Assembly (NCBI GenBank): GCA_037134915.1
Contig: JBAXLJ010000003.1
Location: 81,084 to 145,083, forward strand
Direction of reading: 5' to 3'
DNA from: Candidatus Falkowbacteria bacterium
GTDB lineage: Bacteria; Patescibacteriota; Patescibacteriia; Patescibacteriales; UBA12465
Length of the DNA stretch: 64,000 bases
The notes below the pieces were generated by a model. That model was not told where the DNA came from, did not search any database, and was given only the letters and a program-made list of their open reading frames with translations. This document shows, piece by piece, positions 37,620 to 47,148 of the stretch. Both the position numbers and the translations under genes were made by a program. Each line of letters begins with the position of its first letter. The stretch's first letter is position 1.

Positions 37620-38108
37620 TTACTTATCAGACAAAATATTAAAAAAAACTGTTTTAATCTGTTTTATCTGGCCGTTTTTATAGGTCACAGCGATTTTAGT
37701 CTGAGCCGTAAAAGCCACATGACCATCTTCATAAGACACTAAAGCGATTCTACTAGGCTGCCAGACGATTTTGGTGACATAAAAAGTGCCGCCCAAAACT
37801 GCCTTCTTAGGCGATAATTTACTGATGTTATCTGATAAATATTTTTCAAAAGCGTTTTTTTCTGTGAGAGTCGCGCATAGTTTTTTGCTTTGCTGGTCGC
37901 TTAGAAGACAACTATTAATTTTACAAGCACCTAAATAGGCCAACTTAACGCCATGACAATTAAGCTCAGGCAATCCGCAGCCATAAGTCTGTCCGTTAAC
38001 ACCACAGACCGGGTCATAGCGAAAACACTCGATCTGACAATTACTGGCCGCCGAAGCTTCAAGACTAAAAGATAAAAGTAAAATTAAAATAATTACAAAT
38101 TTTTTCAT
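37620..38108 (-). CDS. Secreted Kazal-type domain protein
   Basis: Signal peptide; C..C.RYDPVCGVNGQTY..C...C.......GAC. Confidence 0.72.
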   Translation of the reverse strand: MKKFVIILILLLSFSLEASAASNCQIECFRYDPVCGVNGQTYGCGLPELNCHGVKLAYLGACKINSCLLSDQQSKKLCATLTEKNAFEKYLSDNISKLSPKKAVLGGTFYVTKIVWQPSRIALVSYEDGHVAFTAQTKIAVTYKNGQIKQIKTVFFNILSDK

Positions 38109-38109
38109 A

Positions 38110-39954
38110 CTAGCTATTATAGATTTCCATCACACATTTATCACAATTAAATTTCAAAGGATATTTTTTACCATTGTAAACCAAGAACAAAGGCTCCTTA
38201 AGAAGTGGCGAGTCGGCTTTAAGCCGGCGTGGACAAGCTTGCAGGAAGTAGCGCAAACAGTGTTTAGTAGTCATTAACTTTCTACCGCGGTTATCTGTTT
38301 GGAGCTCTAAAGCTTCTTCTAAAATTACACTTTTATGGCGCTGATAAAAATCTTTAGCTAAATCATTAGCAATATTATATGAATAATCCAAATTTTTCTC
38401 CGGATAAGCGTGGGTTGTTTTCTTAAGGTTAATAATTTCTCGAGGATATTTTTCTAAACGTTTAGCCATTAAAAGATCGAGAAGCTGGCGGCGCCAATCA
38501 TTTAAAAGACTCATGGGCACAAATCCAGGATTTGCCCAATTAAACTTTAATGACTCGACCCTAAAAATTGTTTCCCCAGCTTTGCTAAATTGTTTTTGCC
38601 AATTAGCTAGGGCCTGTTCTTTTTTTTCTGCCAAAACTTTGGCCGTTTCAATTAAAAGTTCGACCTTATTTTTATCTTCATCAATCGCTGAAAGTAACCA
38701 CCCCTTCTCTGTTTCGCCAATTTCAATATCAACTGCTAGACTTCGGGAAGCACCACTAGCCACCGCTTTTTCAAAAGCCTGATCCTGATTACAATAAATT
38801 AAAGTTCCAGGTTTAAGCGGAATCCATTTATTGGGATAAATTTTCCCTTCGCTAATTAAGTTAACATTCGTACCATTTAATTGGCCGCGGCTATTAAACC
38901 AACACAAACCATCGCCGTTACTTAATTTAAAAGGCGCGTCCAGAGTAAAATAACGATGATCAACTCTTTTTACTTTGCCAATATATTTTCCTAAAGATTT
39001 TTGATTATCCGGCGCTACAATTTCCGGTTGCCGACCATGTAAAAAATAATCCGTATAGCCGCGGTTAAAAGTCTTAGCCAAATCGGGAATAAAATTTATA
39101 ACTGATAGACCCGAGGAAGCGCGAGTAAATTTACCAGCACTCGCTTCAATTATTTTGTCTAGTTCGGCTCGATATTTAGCGACCACGTTAGTAACATAAA
39201 CCGAATCTTTTAAACGTCCTTCGATTTTAAATGAAGTAATTCCCGCCTCACTTAAGTCCCCTAAAGAATTAATTAAATTTAAATCCTTGGGCGATAATAA
39301 ATATTTTTCCGTCATCAGTTCTTTGCCGTCAGCGTCAACCAAAGAAAAAGGCAGACGACAAACTTGCTGACAGCGCCCTCGATTAGCACTGCGGCCCGAT
39401 AAGGCTTGGCTAAAATAACAATTACCGGACATCGAGACGCAGAGCGCACCGTGAACAAAAAATTCCAAATCAATTTTAGTCTCTTTTTTGATTTTAGTAA
39501 TTTCTGACAAACTTAGTTCCCTGGCCAGAATAACTCGAGAAAAACCGGCTTTTTCCAAAAACTTAATCTGTTCTAAATCATAATTATTAGTTTGAGTGCT
39601 GGCATGAATCGGTAGTGGTGGCAGTTCCATTTCCAAGATACCCATGTCTTGAATAATTAAGGCATCAATTCCGAGCTCATAAGCGCGCCAAATAGCTTCT
39701 TTAACTTCAACCGCCTCTTCATTAAAAAAAATTGTATTAATCGCTAGATAAACCTTCACATAATACTTATGGGCCAAGGTAATTAGCGCGGCAATATTCT
39801 CCCAGGAGTTACTGGCGGCTGAACGAGCGCCAAAATTGGGACCGCCGATGTAAACGGCATCTGCGCCGGCTAAAATCGCCAAGCGACCGCTTTCAAAATC
39901 GCGGGCCGGAGCCAAAAGTTCTAATTTAATTTTATTTGTTTTACTGATAGTCAT
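38110..39954 (-). CDS. rlhA: U32-family 23S rRNA ho5C2501 hydroxylase (RlhA-like)
   Basis: ELLAPA, HASTQ, LAREL, FVHGALCVSMSGNC, NRGRCQQVCR and KIEGR; C-terminal LMTTKHC...C. Confidence 0.85.
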   Translation of the reverse strand: MTISKTNKIKLELLAPARDFESGRLAILAGADAVYIGGPNFGARSAASNSWENIAALITLAHKYYVKVYLAINTIFFNEEAVEVKEAIWRAYELGIDALIIQDMGILEMELPPLPIHASTQTNNYDLEQIKFLEKAGFSRVILARELSLSEITKIKKETKIDLEFFVHGALCVSMSGNCYFSQALSGRSANRGRCQQVCRLPFSLVDADGKELMTEKYLLSPKDLNLINSLGDLSEAGITSFKIEGRLKDSVYVTNVVAKYRAELDKIIEASAGKFTRASSGLSVINFIPDLAKTFNRGYTDYFLHGRQPEIVAPDNQKSLGKYIGKVKRVDHRYFTLDAPFKLSNGDGLCWFNSRGQLNGTNVNLISEGKIYPNKWIPLKPGTLIYCNQDQAFEKAVASGASRSLAVDIEIGETEKGWLLSAIDEDKNKVELLIETAKVLAEKKEQALANWQKQFSKAGETIFRVESLKFNWANPGFVPMSLLNDWRRQLLDLLMAKRLEKYPREIINLKKTTHAYPEKNLDYSYNIANDLAKDFYQRHKSVILEEALELQTDNRGRKLMTTKHCLRYFLQACPRRLKADSPLLKEPLFLVYNGKKYPLKFNCDKCVMEIYNS

Positions 39955-40027
39955 GCCCCCATATTAAGGGTTTTAACCTAAAAAAGCAAATAAAAAAGCC
40001 TGCCTTTTAAGGGGCAGACCTTTTGGA

Positions 40028-40399
40028 TTAATAGGCTAACTCGCACAAAGTTTTGAAGCAGCCCGAAGGAATCGCATCGTAAAAATCCAAACCGGGTTTT
40101 GGCTCAGGAACCGCTAACTTAATAGCGTCTTCTTTTTTAAGTTTATCGTGTTCCTTGTTTTTTTGACGATAATACCTCATCAGCAAAGATAAAAATTCTT
40201 TGTCATCCTGACTTAGATTATCCGGATTTTCTGATCCCGGATACTCTTTTCTCAAAAATTCTTTAATTTCCAACTCCGTGCAAGTGTCGCTGAGTGCACA
40301 ACTTTCAATACGGGCTATAAAATCAATTTTAACTGCCTTTAACAGATAGGAATTTAAAATTTCCATCTTTTCAAACTCGGACTCACTTAATTTTTTCAT
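40028..40399 (-). CDS. Hypothetical protein
   Basis: 123-aa ORF preceded by an AGAGGAGG Shine-Dalgarno-like site. Confidence 0.65.
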   Translation of the reverse strand: MKKLSESEFEKMEILNSYLLKAVKIDFIARIESCALSDTCTELEIKEFLRKEYPGSENPDNLSQDDKEFLSLLMRYYRQKNKEHDKLKKEDAIKLAVPEPKPGLDFYDAIPSGCFKTLCELAY

Positions 40400-40438
40400 A
40401 ACTAATCCTCCTCTTTGATTTTTAAAAAACTAAAAAAA

Positions 40439-40765
40439 TTATCTTGATAAAATATTTTCACAGAAATGATTTAAACTGCTAGAAGGTGGTAAGACTCCAT
40501 TATCTCTTTGATTTATAATGTAGTCATATGACTCACTTAACAATTTTTCTTGACTAATAGCATGCCCCATTCGCTTGGTAGCCTTAGTGATTAATTCTTC
40601 TAAACGGAGTTGATAATGTTCCTCCTTTTCCTCGTTAGCAGAAGTCCCAGTAATAAAATTATAAAAATCTGGACGGTCTAAATGATCGATAATAAATTTA
40701 CTTATTTCGCTGACGCTTTTTCGCCATTTTACGGCTTGCTCATTATAAGCTTCAAACTGCTCCAT
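40439..40765 (-). CDS. Hypothetical protein
   Basis: 108-aa ORF starting 17 bp after the tRNA-Leu 3' end. Confidence 0.55.
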   Translation of the reverse strand: MEQFEAYNEQAVKWRKSVSEISKFIIDHLDRPDFYNFITGTSANEEKEEHYQLRLEELITKATKRMGHAISQEKLLSESYDYIINQRDNGVLPPSSSLNHFCENILSR

Positions 40766-40782
40766 ATTTATTGCCTAAATTA

Positions 40783-40869
40783 TGGTGCCCGGAGAGGGAC
40801 TCGAACCCTCACAGGATTACTCCCTCAGCGACCTGAACGCTGCGTGTCTACCAATTTCACCATCCGGGC
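40783..40869 (-). tRNA. tRNA-Leu(CAG) with encoded CCA
   Basis: GCCCGGA/TCCGGGC acceptor stem, anticodon arm CAGCG-TTCAGGT-CGCTG, long variable arm, GGTTCGAG. Confidence 0.96.
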
Positions 40870-40965
40870 TAAACTACTACAATATTGGCATATGACGCCT
40901 AAATTATCAAGAGCACTTATCTTATTTGACTTCTTAGAGCAATAGTGGAAAAATAATACATATAA

Positions 40966-41964
40966 ATGTTAATTAACAACCTAAAAAATATAGCTATGGC
41001 AGGAGTCTTAATAATGGCCAATCTCGGATTAGATTCGTGTTTAGCCGCCACTTTAATTATTGAAAACATTAATCATATTAGCGGAATAGAAAAAAATTCT
41101 GGTTTATCAGAAGAAATTCTGCAATACAAAGAAATGCATTATGATGAGGACTTGGAAGATGGTTATGCGGGAAAGAATTATTACGAAGAAGACGACGAAT
41201 CTGACGAGGAAATTCAAGAAGATGCCCCACTGGTTTGTTTTTGTGACGATGATAATTTAGTTCAAGCCGTTGATAAATTATCGGACATATCTTCCATTCT
41301 TTTTTTTGTCGGTTACGAAGAAAAGGTTATTAAAGAGGAAATTGTTTGCCTGCTTCATAACAATCAAAGAATTTTCTTTACCAGTGAATTTTGCGCCGCG
41401 CTATCTGTTTCGACCCGGATTAAAAAAGATTTGGCCAAAGATTATTATCTCAATCTAAGACTGAGCACTGCCCGTATTTTTTCTGAAGAATATCAAGATG
41501 TTAAATTCAACAATGAATACTTAATCCCTGAAAAAATGCGCACCGTTGCTGAGAATATTATTAACCATTATTTAACCTCTTGGGCCATTGCTTATAACAT
41601 TTTTATCGGTGACGATAATCGGTTAAATCAGTTCCATTACGAGTTTTTAAAACAACTAATCTTTGAAGATAAAAATCAGTTTATCAATCGTTTATTTGAG
41701 CTTGAGAGCGAAATGGAAGCTGAAACTGAACGCCAAAGAAAGAATATAAAATATGTCGGACAAGGGGTTTATCTCTTAAAAGCGGGGTCAAAAAGATTTT
41801 TCAAGACCGAACTTTTGCGGGAAGGTTATGAAAGAGGTTTTCCTTTTTTTGCCATTCAATATGTCAAAAACCGACAGAAGAAAATCATTTCCATGGATTT
41901 TCAAAGCCAATTTTATTTTGAAGATGGTGAATTTGAATTCTGTGAAAATGTCGCACTAAATTAA
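40966..41964 (+). CDS. Hypothetical protein with acidic insert (possible degenerate DHH fold)
   Basis: 332-aa ORF with a terminator after it; D/E-rich tract; start may be the second Met. Confidence 0.6.
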   Translation: MLINNLKNIAMAGVLIMANLGLDSCLAATLIIENINHISGIEKNSGLSEEILQYKEMHYDEDLEDGYAGKNYYEEDDESDEEIQEDAPLVCFCDDDNLVQAVDKLSDISSILFFVGYEEKVIKEEIVCLLHNNQRIFFTSEFCAALSVSTRIKKDLAKDYYLNLRLSTARIFSEEYQDVKFNNEYLIPEKMRTVAENIINHYLTSWAIAYNIFIGDDNRLNQFHYEFLKQLIFEDKNQFINRLFELESEMEAETERQRKNIKYVGQGVYLLKAGSKRFFKTELLREGYERGFPFFAIQYVKNRQKKIISMDFQSQFYFEDGEFEFCENVALN

Positions 41965-41995
41965 AAAAGACCGGGAAAAATCCCGGTTTTTTTAA
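41963..41995. terminator. Bidirectional terminator
   Basis: AAAAAAGACCGGGA / TCCCGGTTTTTTT. Confidence 0.72.
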
Positions 41996-42553
41996 TTAAC
42001 TAGAACGATATTTTTTAAGCTCTTCCCGTCTTTTTTGATAATCAGGAATCGCTCGACTAACCAAGTGCCAAAACCTAAAGGAGTGATTCATTTCTTTTAA
42101 ATGGCACAATTCATGGACCGCTACGTAATCTAATAACTCCGCCGGCAGCAAAGCGAGACGGCAATTAAAATTTAAAGCCCCCTTTTGAGAACAACTCCCC
42201 CAACGAGTCTTTTGATTGCGAATCGAAACACTCCGATACTTAAAGCCGTATTGCTGGTTGAAAAATTCCAGACGCGCCAAAATCAAATGAGCGGCCCGGC
42301 GCTTTAAAATAATAAGTTCTTCGGGCGGAATGACCGGCGATTCTGTCTCCGGTTGGATATTTGATAAATTTTTAATAATCCAATCGGCTTTAGTTTTAAT
42401 AAATTGTTCAATAAAAATAAAGGGTACAAAAACCGGCTTAACCACCACTAACCCTTTTGGGCTAATTTCAAGTCTCATGCTTCTGGCCTGGCGACTGTTT
42501 TTAAGCTCGTAAGCAATATCTTGATGATTCAGTTTAATCAGTCTTTTAGTCAT
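41996..42553 (-). CDS. YgjP/DUF45 zincin-like metallohydrolase
   Basis: QKTRWGSCS, LNFN and YVAVHELCHLKEMNHS; ATG at 42553. Confidence 0.9.
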   Translation of the reverse strand: MTKRLIKLNHQDIAYELKNSRQARSMRLEISPKGLVVVKPVFVPFIFIEQFIKTKADWIIKNLSNIQPETESPVIPPEELIILKRRAAHLILARLEFFNQQYGFKYRSVSIRNQKTRWGSCSQKGALNFNCRLALLPAELLDYVAVHELCHLKEMNHSFRFWHLVSRAIPDYQKRREELKKYRSS

Positions 42554-42607
42554 AGAAGAATTATAGCCCAAAAATCAAAAAAAGCGACCCTTGACGAGTC
42601 GCTTATC

Positions 42608-43699
42608 TTATCTGGAAAAAAGTTCCAATTTAGGCACTTTACCAAAATTTTCTTTTTTTAAAAACCGATCAGGATTGCAAAAATCCAGTTCCGCCCACAT
42701 CGGTATGCTGGGTAAAAATTCAGCGATAGCAAAACGAGTCTTATCGGACAACCGGTCCATAATATAATTGTCGCTAAACTTGCCGGCCATTTCACCTAAA
42801 GCCAAGACTCCTTCTTCAGACATCAGAGCCATAGTGAGCGAGGCCACTCGTTTATCTTTAAAATATCTTTCTAAGACTTCATAGGACCGAGCTAAAATAT
42901 CCTTAAGTGCTTGACGATTCATCTTATGGTAAACTTCATTGTACATAAAATCACGCACCACATGAAAACATTTGGCTTCATCTGAATCCTCAAAAGAGAT
43001 AGTATCTTTTTCTAAACTTTCAAAACATAAAGCCCGGGCACAATTATACAGGCGTTCGGTTTGGTTGCTACCTAATTTATTAAGCTCATCAGGAACGGTT
43101 AAACCGGGAAAATTGATACGCATGATGTCATTATAGTCGGAAAAAATATAAGATAATTTATCCGAATCCATTAAATCATCATCTTCCTGAATAACACCGC
43201 CGTTTACCATTTTACCGCTACCTCGTGAATGGTTACGGACGGCATGCAAAACTTCATAAGATAAGTTAATACCTAAACCATCACGCTCAATCATTTCTAG
43301 AACAAAAATAACAAAACGTTCATGCCGAAAATTTTCACCGAGGCGCTCAGCGATAAACTGCTCACCTAAGTGACCAAAGGCTACGTGGCCTAAATCATGA
43401 GTCAAAGCAGCGGCCTCAACTAAAGAAACATTGAGCCCTAAACGACGTCCGATTTGAGTGGCTAAAGCCGAAACCTCCATACTGTGAATCAAGCGGTCCC
43501 GGATGTGAATATTCTTTAAGCCGGAAATAACTTGAGTTTTACCTCTTAATCTTCTTAGAGCTTTGGAATACTGAATCTTAATTAAATCTAAACCAAAGGG
43601 GTCCATCCAATAAAGACTGGCATCGCGATCAAATTCGGGTGCTAAAGCCCGACCAAAAGTGTTCTCGCTTTTAAAGGCGAGATGTGCTAAATTTTTCAT
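42608..43699 (-). CDS. dgt: dGTP triphosphohydrolase-like HD-domain protein (divergent)
   Basis: SKALRRLRGKTQV, RDRLIHSMEV, THDLGHVAFGHLGE and DKLSY; ATG at 43699. Confidence 0.82.
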   Translation of the reverse strand: MKNLAHLAFKSENTFGRALAPEFDRDASLYWMDPFGLDLIKIQYSKALRRLRGKTQVISGLKNIHIRDRLIHSMEVSALATQIGRRLGLNVSLVEAAALTHDLGHVAFGHLGEQFIAERLGENFRHERFVIFVLEMIERDGLGINLSYEVLHAVRNHSRGSGKMVNGGVIQEDDDLMDSDKLSYIFSDYNDIMRINFPGLTVPDELNKLGSNQTERLYNCARALCFESLEKDTISFEDSDEAKCFHVVRDFMYNEVYHKMNRQALKDILARSYEVLERYFKDKRVASLTMALMSEEGVLALGEMAGKFSDNYIMDRLSDKTRFAIAEFLPSIPMWAELDFCNPDRFLKKENFGKVPKLELFSR

Positions 43700-43769
43700 A
43701 TAATATAGTTTTAAATTGTTAACGGACTGATTTCCTATCATCTTAAGGCTAAAGTAAAAATTTGTAAAT

Positions 43770-44393
43770 ATGCTCGATTTAAGCACCGAAAAAGGAATAT
43801 TTGAGCTTGGTTACCAGTTAGTGGCCGGCGTTGACGAAGCGGGACGCGGACCACTGGCCGGACCAGTGGTGGCCGCCTGCGTGGTCATTGGTCCCGACTT
43901 TAAAATCGACAGCGATGAGCTTAAATTAGTGGCTGATTCTAAAAAATTAAGCGCCAAAAACCGCGAAAAACTTTTTAGCGTCATTAAAGAAAAGGCTTTG
44001 GCGGTCGAAATCAGCGTGATTAGCCACTTAGTAATTGATAAGATAAATATTTTACAAGCTAGCCTGCTGGCGATGAAAAAAGCCGTTGAAGCTTGCAAGA
44101 CGCAACCGGATTTTGTTTTAATTGATGGTAATATAAAAATTCCTGGACTCCTTAAAAAACAGCAAGCCATTGTTTCTGGTGACGCCAAAGTATTTTGTAT
44201 TGCCGCCGCCTCAATTATTGCCAAAGTCAGCCGTGATTTTTTAATGTGCGAGGCTGATAAAAAATATCCTAATTATCAGTTTGCCAAACATAAAGGTTAC
44301 GGGACAAAATTGCATTTAGAAATGTTAAACACTTATGGCCCTTGCGCTATTCACCGGCGTAGTTTTGCCCCGGTTAAAGATTTACTCAAATAA
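43770..44393 (+). CDS. rnhB: Ribonuclease HII
   Basis: GVDEAGRGPLAGPV, DSKKL, IDG, GDA, IAAASIIAKV and HKGYGT. Confidence 0.97.
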   Translation: MLDLSTEKGIFELGYQLVAGVDEAGRGPLAGPVVAACVVIGPDFKIDSDELKLVADSKKLSAKNREKLFSVIKEKALAVEISVISHLVIDKINILQASLLAMKKAVEACKTQPDFVLIDGNIKIPGLLKKQQAIVSGDAKVFCIAAASIIAKVSRDFLMCEADKKYPNYQFAKHKGYGTKLHLEMLNTYGPCAIHRRSFAPVKDLLK

Positions 44394-44425
44394 AAAAACG
44401 TTTTCTTGTGAAAACGTTTTTTTTT
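44392..44425. terminator. Bidirectional terminator
   Basis: AAAAAAACGTTTTC / GAAAACGTTTTTTT. Confidence 0.78.
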
Positions 44426-44433
44426 GTTTCATT

Positions 44434-45117
44434 TTAATGGGTTACCTTAGGCATAAGCTCCCGCAGAACGAGGAGCTCATCAATGACTTCCATGACAGAT
44501 CCGTAGATAAAATTCTCCGGAACGCCAGCGGACAGAAACCTTTCCTTGGGATAGATTCTAGAAGAAATAGCCGCAAAATCAATTTTATGTGGACCATGAT
44601 AAGCAGCCGGCAAATCGCAGATTGGAGAATCCCCTACGAACAAAATTTTTTCAACGGTAAACTCCTCTAATATATCCTCAAAAACTCGTGGATCAGGTTT
44701 CATAAAATTATCTTCACGAGTTTTTATAAGGCTAAAGAGATCCGCACCGACTTCCATGTCATCTAAAGCCTTGGTCATCATTCTTCGATTACGATTACTA
44801 ACAAGCCCTAATTTGTAACCAGCCAATTTTAAATTACTTAATTTTAATGGTAAAGAATTTGGGCTGCAAAAACGAGTATTCTCAAAGAAATATTTAATTT
44901 TCAGAGCTACTAATTCTGTTTGGGAATCAGACCAAGAACCAGCTTCCGCTAAAAGTGGGATAATTACCCCATTAAAATCGTGCCCTAAATTGCTTTCGAT
45001 TGTTTTCATATCAAAAGGCAAACGGACGCTTTCGATAATTTGGCACAAGCGAGTCACGGCTTTTTCCATGGAAAAAAGCAGAACTCCGTCCACATCAAAT
45101 AAGATCAATTCTTTCAT
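44434..45117 (-). CDS. HAD-superfamily hydrolase
   Basis: FDVDGVL, VSN, KPDP and VGDS...D motifs. Confidence 0.88.
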   Translation of the reverse strand: MKELILFDVDGVLLFSMEKAVTRLCQIIESVRLPFDMKTIESNLGHDFNGVIIPLLAEAGSWSDSQTELVALKIKYFFENTRFCSPNSLPLKLSNLKLAGYKLGLVSNRNRRMMTKALDDMEVGADLFSLIKTREDNFMKPDPRVFEDILEEFTVEKILFVGDSPICDLPAAYHGPHKIDFAAISSRIYPKERFLSAGVPENFIYGSVMEVIDELLVLRELMPKVTH

Positions 45118-45165
45118 TTTAACCCTCCAATTAAATTATTAAAAAACTATCTATATAATTTATTA

Positions 45166-46953
45166 TTATTTTCTAGTCGCTCTAACGCGGTCGTTTTCTG
45201 TTAAATACTGCTTACGTAAACGGACACTTTTAGGTGTTACTTCCAAATATTCATCAGCGTTCATAATACTTAGTCCACGTTCTAAGGTAATTTCCCAAGG
45301 CGGAGTTAAGTTAATGGCTTCATCCGAACCAGAGGCGCGGACATTGGTTAGTTTCTTACCTTTAACTGGATTAACTGACATGTCATTTCCTTTGGCCACG
45401 TTGCCAATTACCATGCCTTCATAAACATCGACGTTAGGCTGGATATAAATCACACCACGTTCCTGTAAATTCCATAAAGCAAAAGCGGCCACCTTTCCGG
45501 TAATCATCGAAATCATCGAACCCAACTGACTGCGTTCAATCGGTCCAGCGTATGGTTTAAAACCTAAAAAGTGAGAGCATAAAATACCTTCACCGCGGGT
45601 ATCAACCACAAATTCATTGCGATAACCTAAGATACCACGAGTCGGAATTTCAAAGATTAAACGGCTCTGACCATTGTGATTTTTTAAATCAGTCATCATA
45701 CCTTTGCGACGAGACATTTTTTCAATGACCACACCGGAACAATTTTCAGGAATATCAATGGTGATTTCTTCAAATGGTTCCAGCTTAACACCGTCAGCCT
45801 CTTTAATAATCGCCTCTGGTTGGGAAACTTGCATTTCATAACCTTCGCGGCGCATATTTTCTAGCAAAATAGCCACGTGTAATTCACCGCGGCCATAAAC
45901 TTTAGCAAAATTATTATCTGAAAAATCAACTTTTAAACCAACATTAACCTCAAGTTCTTTTTCTAGCCGCTCTCTGATTTGGCGGTTAGTCACAAATTTA
46001 CCTTCACGGCCCGCAAAGGGTGAACTATTAACTAAAAAGTTAAGACAAATTGTTGGCTCATCAACCGTAATAGCCGGCAAAGGTTCCTGATTAACATTGT
46101 CACTAATTGTTTCACCAATATAAACATCGGGTAGCCCAGCCACCATCACAATGTCACCAGCGACAGCTTCGGGAATTTCTTGACGAGTTAATCCAGCAAA
46201 AGTAAATAATTTAGTCGTACGACCAGTGGTCATCGTGCCATCTGGTTCCTTAATATAAACTGTTTGATTAGGTTTAATGCTACCTTTATAAATACGGCAA
46301 ATAGCACAACGGCCTAAAAAATTATCATAAGCCAAATTAAAAGGTTGGGCCGCCAGAGTTAAAGTCGCCATCTCAGTCGTCGCGGCTGGAGCTACGTGTT
46401 CAACAATTTTATTCAGCAAGGGGTCAAGGTTATCAGACTCATCTTCTAAATTTAATTTAGCAATGCCCGCTCGGCCATTAGCATAAACGACTGGAAAATC
46501 TAATTGTTCATCAGTGGCACCTAAATCTAAAAACAGTTCATAAACCATTTCCTGGACTTCAGCTGGACGAGCTGCTGGTTTATCAATTTTATTAATGACC
46601 ACAATCGGCTTTAAACCTAATTCTAAAGATTTCTTTAAAACAAATTTAGTTTGCGGCATCGGCCCTTCTTGAGCATCAACGATTAAAAGCACGCAGTCAA
46701 TGGAACGCAAAATACGTTCTACCTCGGAACTAAAATCGGCGTGACCAGGGGTGTCAACAATATTAATCTTATTTTCTTTATAAAAAAGACTGCAATTTTT
46801 TGAGTAAATTGTAATGCCGCGTTCTTGCTCCAGGTTATTGCTGTCCATGCTAGCGCCGGCTTCAGTCATCCCATTTTGACGTAATAAGGCATCGGTTAAA
46901 GTTGTTTTACCATGATCTACGTGAGCGATAATGGCGATGTTTCGAATATCCAT
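45166..46953 (-). CDS. typA: Translational GTPase TypA/BipA
   Basis: RNIAIIAHVDHGKTT, DTPGHADF, NKID, GRGELH and LTNVRASGSD. Confidence 0.97.
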   Translation of the reverse strand: MDIRNIAIIAHVDHGKTTLTDALLRQNGMTEAGASMDSNNLEQERGITIYSKNCSLFYKENKINIVDTPGHADFSSEVERILRSIDCVLLIVDAQEGPMPQTKFVLKKSLELGLKPIVVINKIDKPAARPAEVQEMVYELFLDLGATDEQLDFPVVYANGRAGIAKLNLEDESDNLDPLLNKIVEHVAPAATTEMATLTLAAQPFNLAYDNFLGRCAICRIYKGSIKPNQTVYIKEPDGTMTTGRTTKLFTFAGLTRQEIPEAVAGDIVMVAGLPDVYIGETISDNVNQEPLPAITVDEPTICLNFLVNSSPFAGREGKFVTNRQIRERLEKELEVNVGLKVDFSDNNFAKVYGRGELHVAILLENMRREGYEMQVSQPEAIIKEADGVKLEPFEEITIDIPENCSGVVIEKMSRRKGMMTDLKNHNGQSRLIFEIPTRGILGYRNEFVVDTRGEGILCSHFLGFKPYAGPIERSQLGSMISMITGKVAAFALWNLQERGVIYIQPNVDVYEGMVIGNVAKGNDMSVNPVKGKKLTNVRASGSDEAINLTPPWEITLERGLSIMNADEYLEVTPKSVRLRKQYLTENDRVRATRK

Positions 46954-47103
46954 AGTAATTTGTGTTATTGGAAAGTATCTTTAAATTCCCAAAAAAAGAA
47001 ATACACGACATTTTCCGTCGCGTAATTTATAAAATAATTAAGCTTTATCCATTATAATATATATGGCATTTTAAGTCAAGGCTTAGAATAAAGGTTTTCT
47101 ATA

Positions 47104-47144
47104 AAAAAATGGGTCCCGCTTGAATTGCTTCAAACGAGACCCAA
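47104..47144 (-). terminator. Intrinsic terminator after the GHKL ATPase
   Basis: TGGGTC..TTGAA / TTCAA..GACCCA stem with a T-run on the minus strand. Confidence 0.6.
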
Positions 47145-47148
47145 TACT

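Noticed and set aside
40682-40945. 87-aa plus-strand ORF
   Set aside because: Antisense translation of tRNA-Leu (GARRGTRTL is the typical tRNA shadow).
43699-43786. Apparent head-to-head overlap of the dGTPase and rnhB
   Set aside because: Caused by an over-extended start; the ATG at 43699 removes the overlap.
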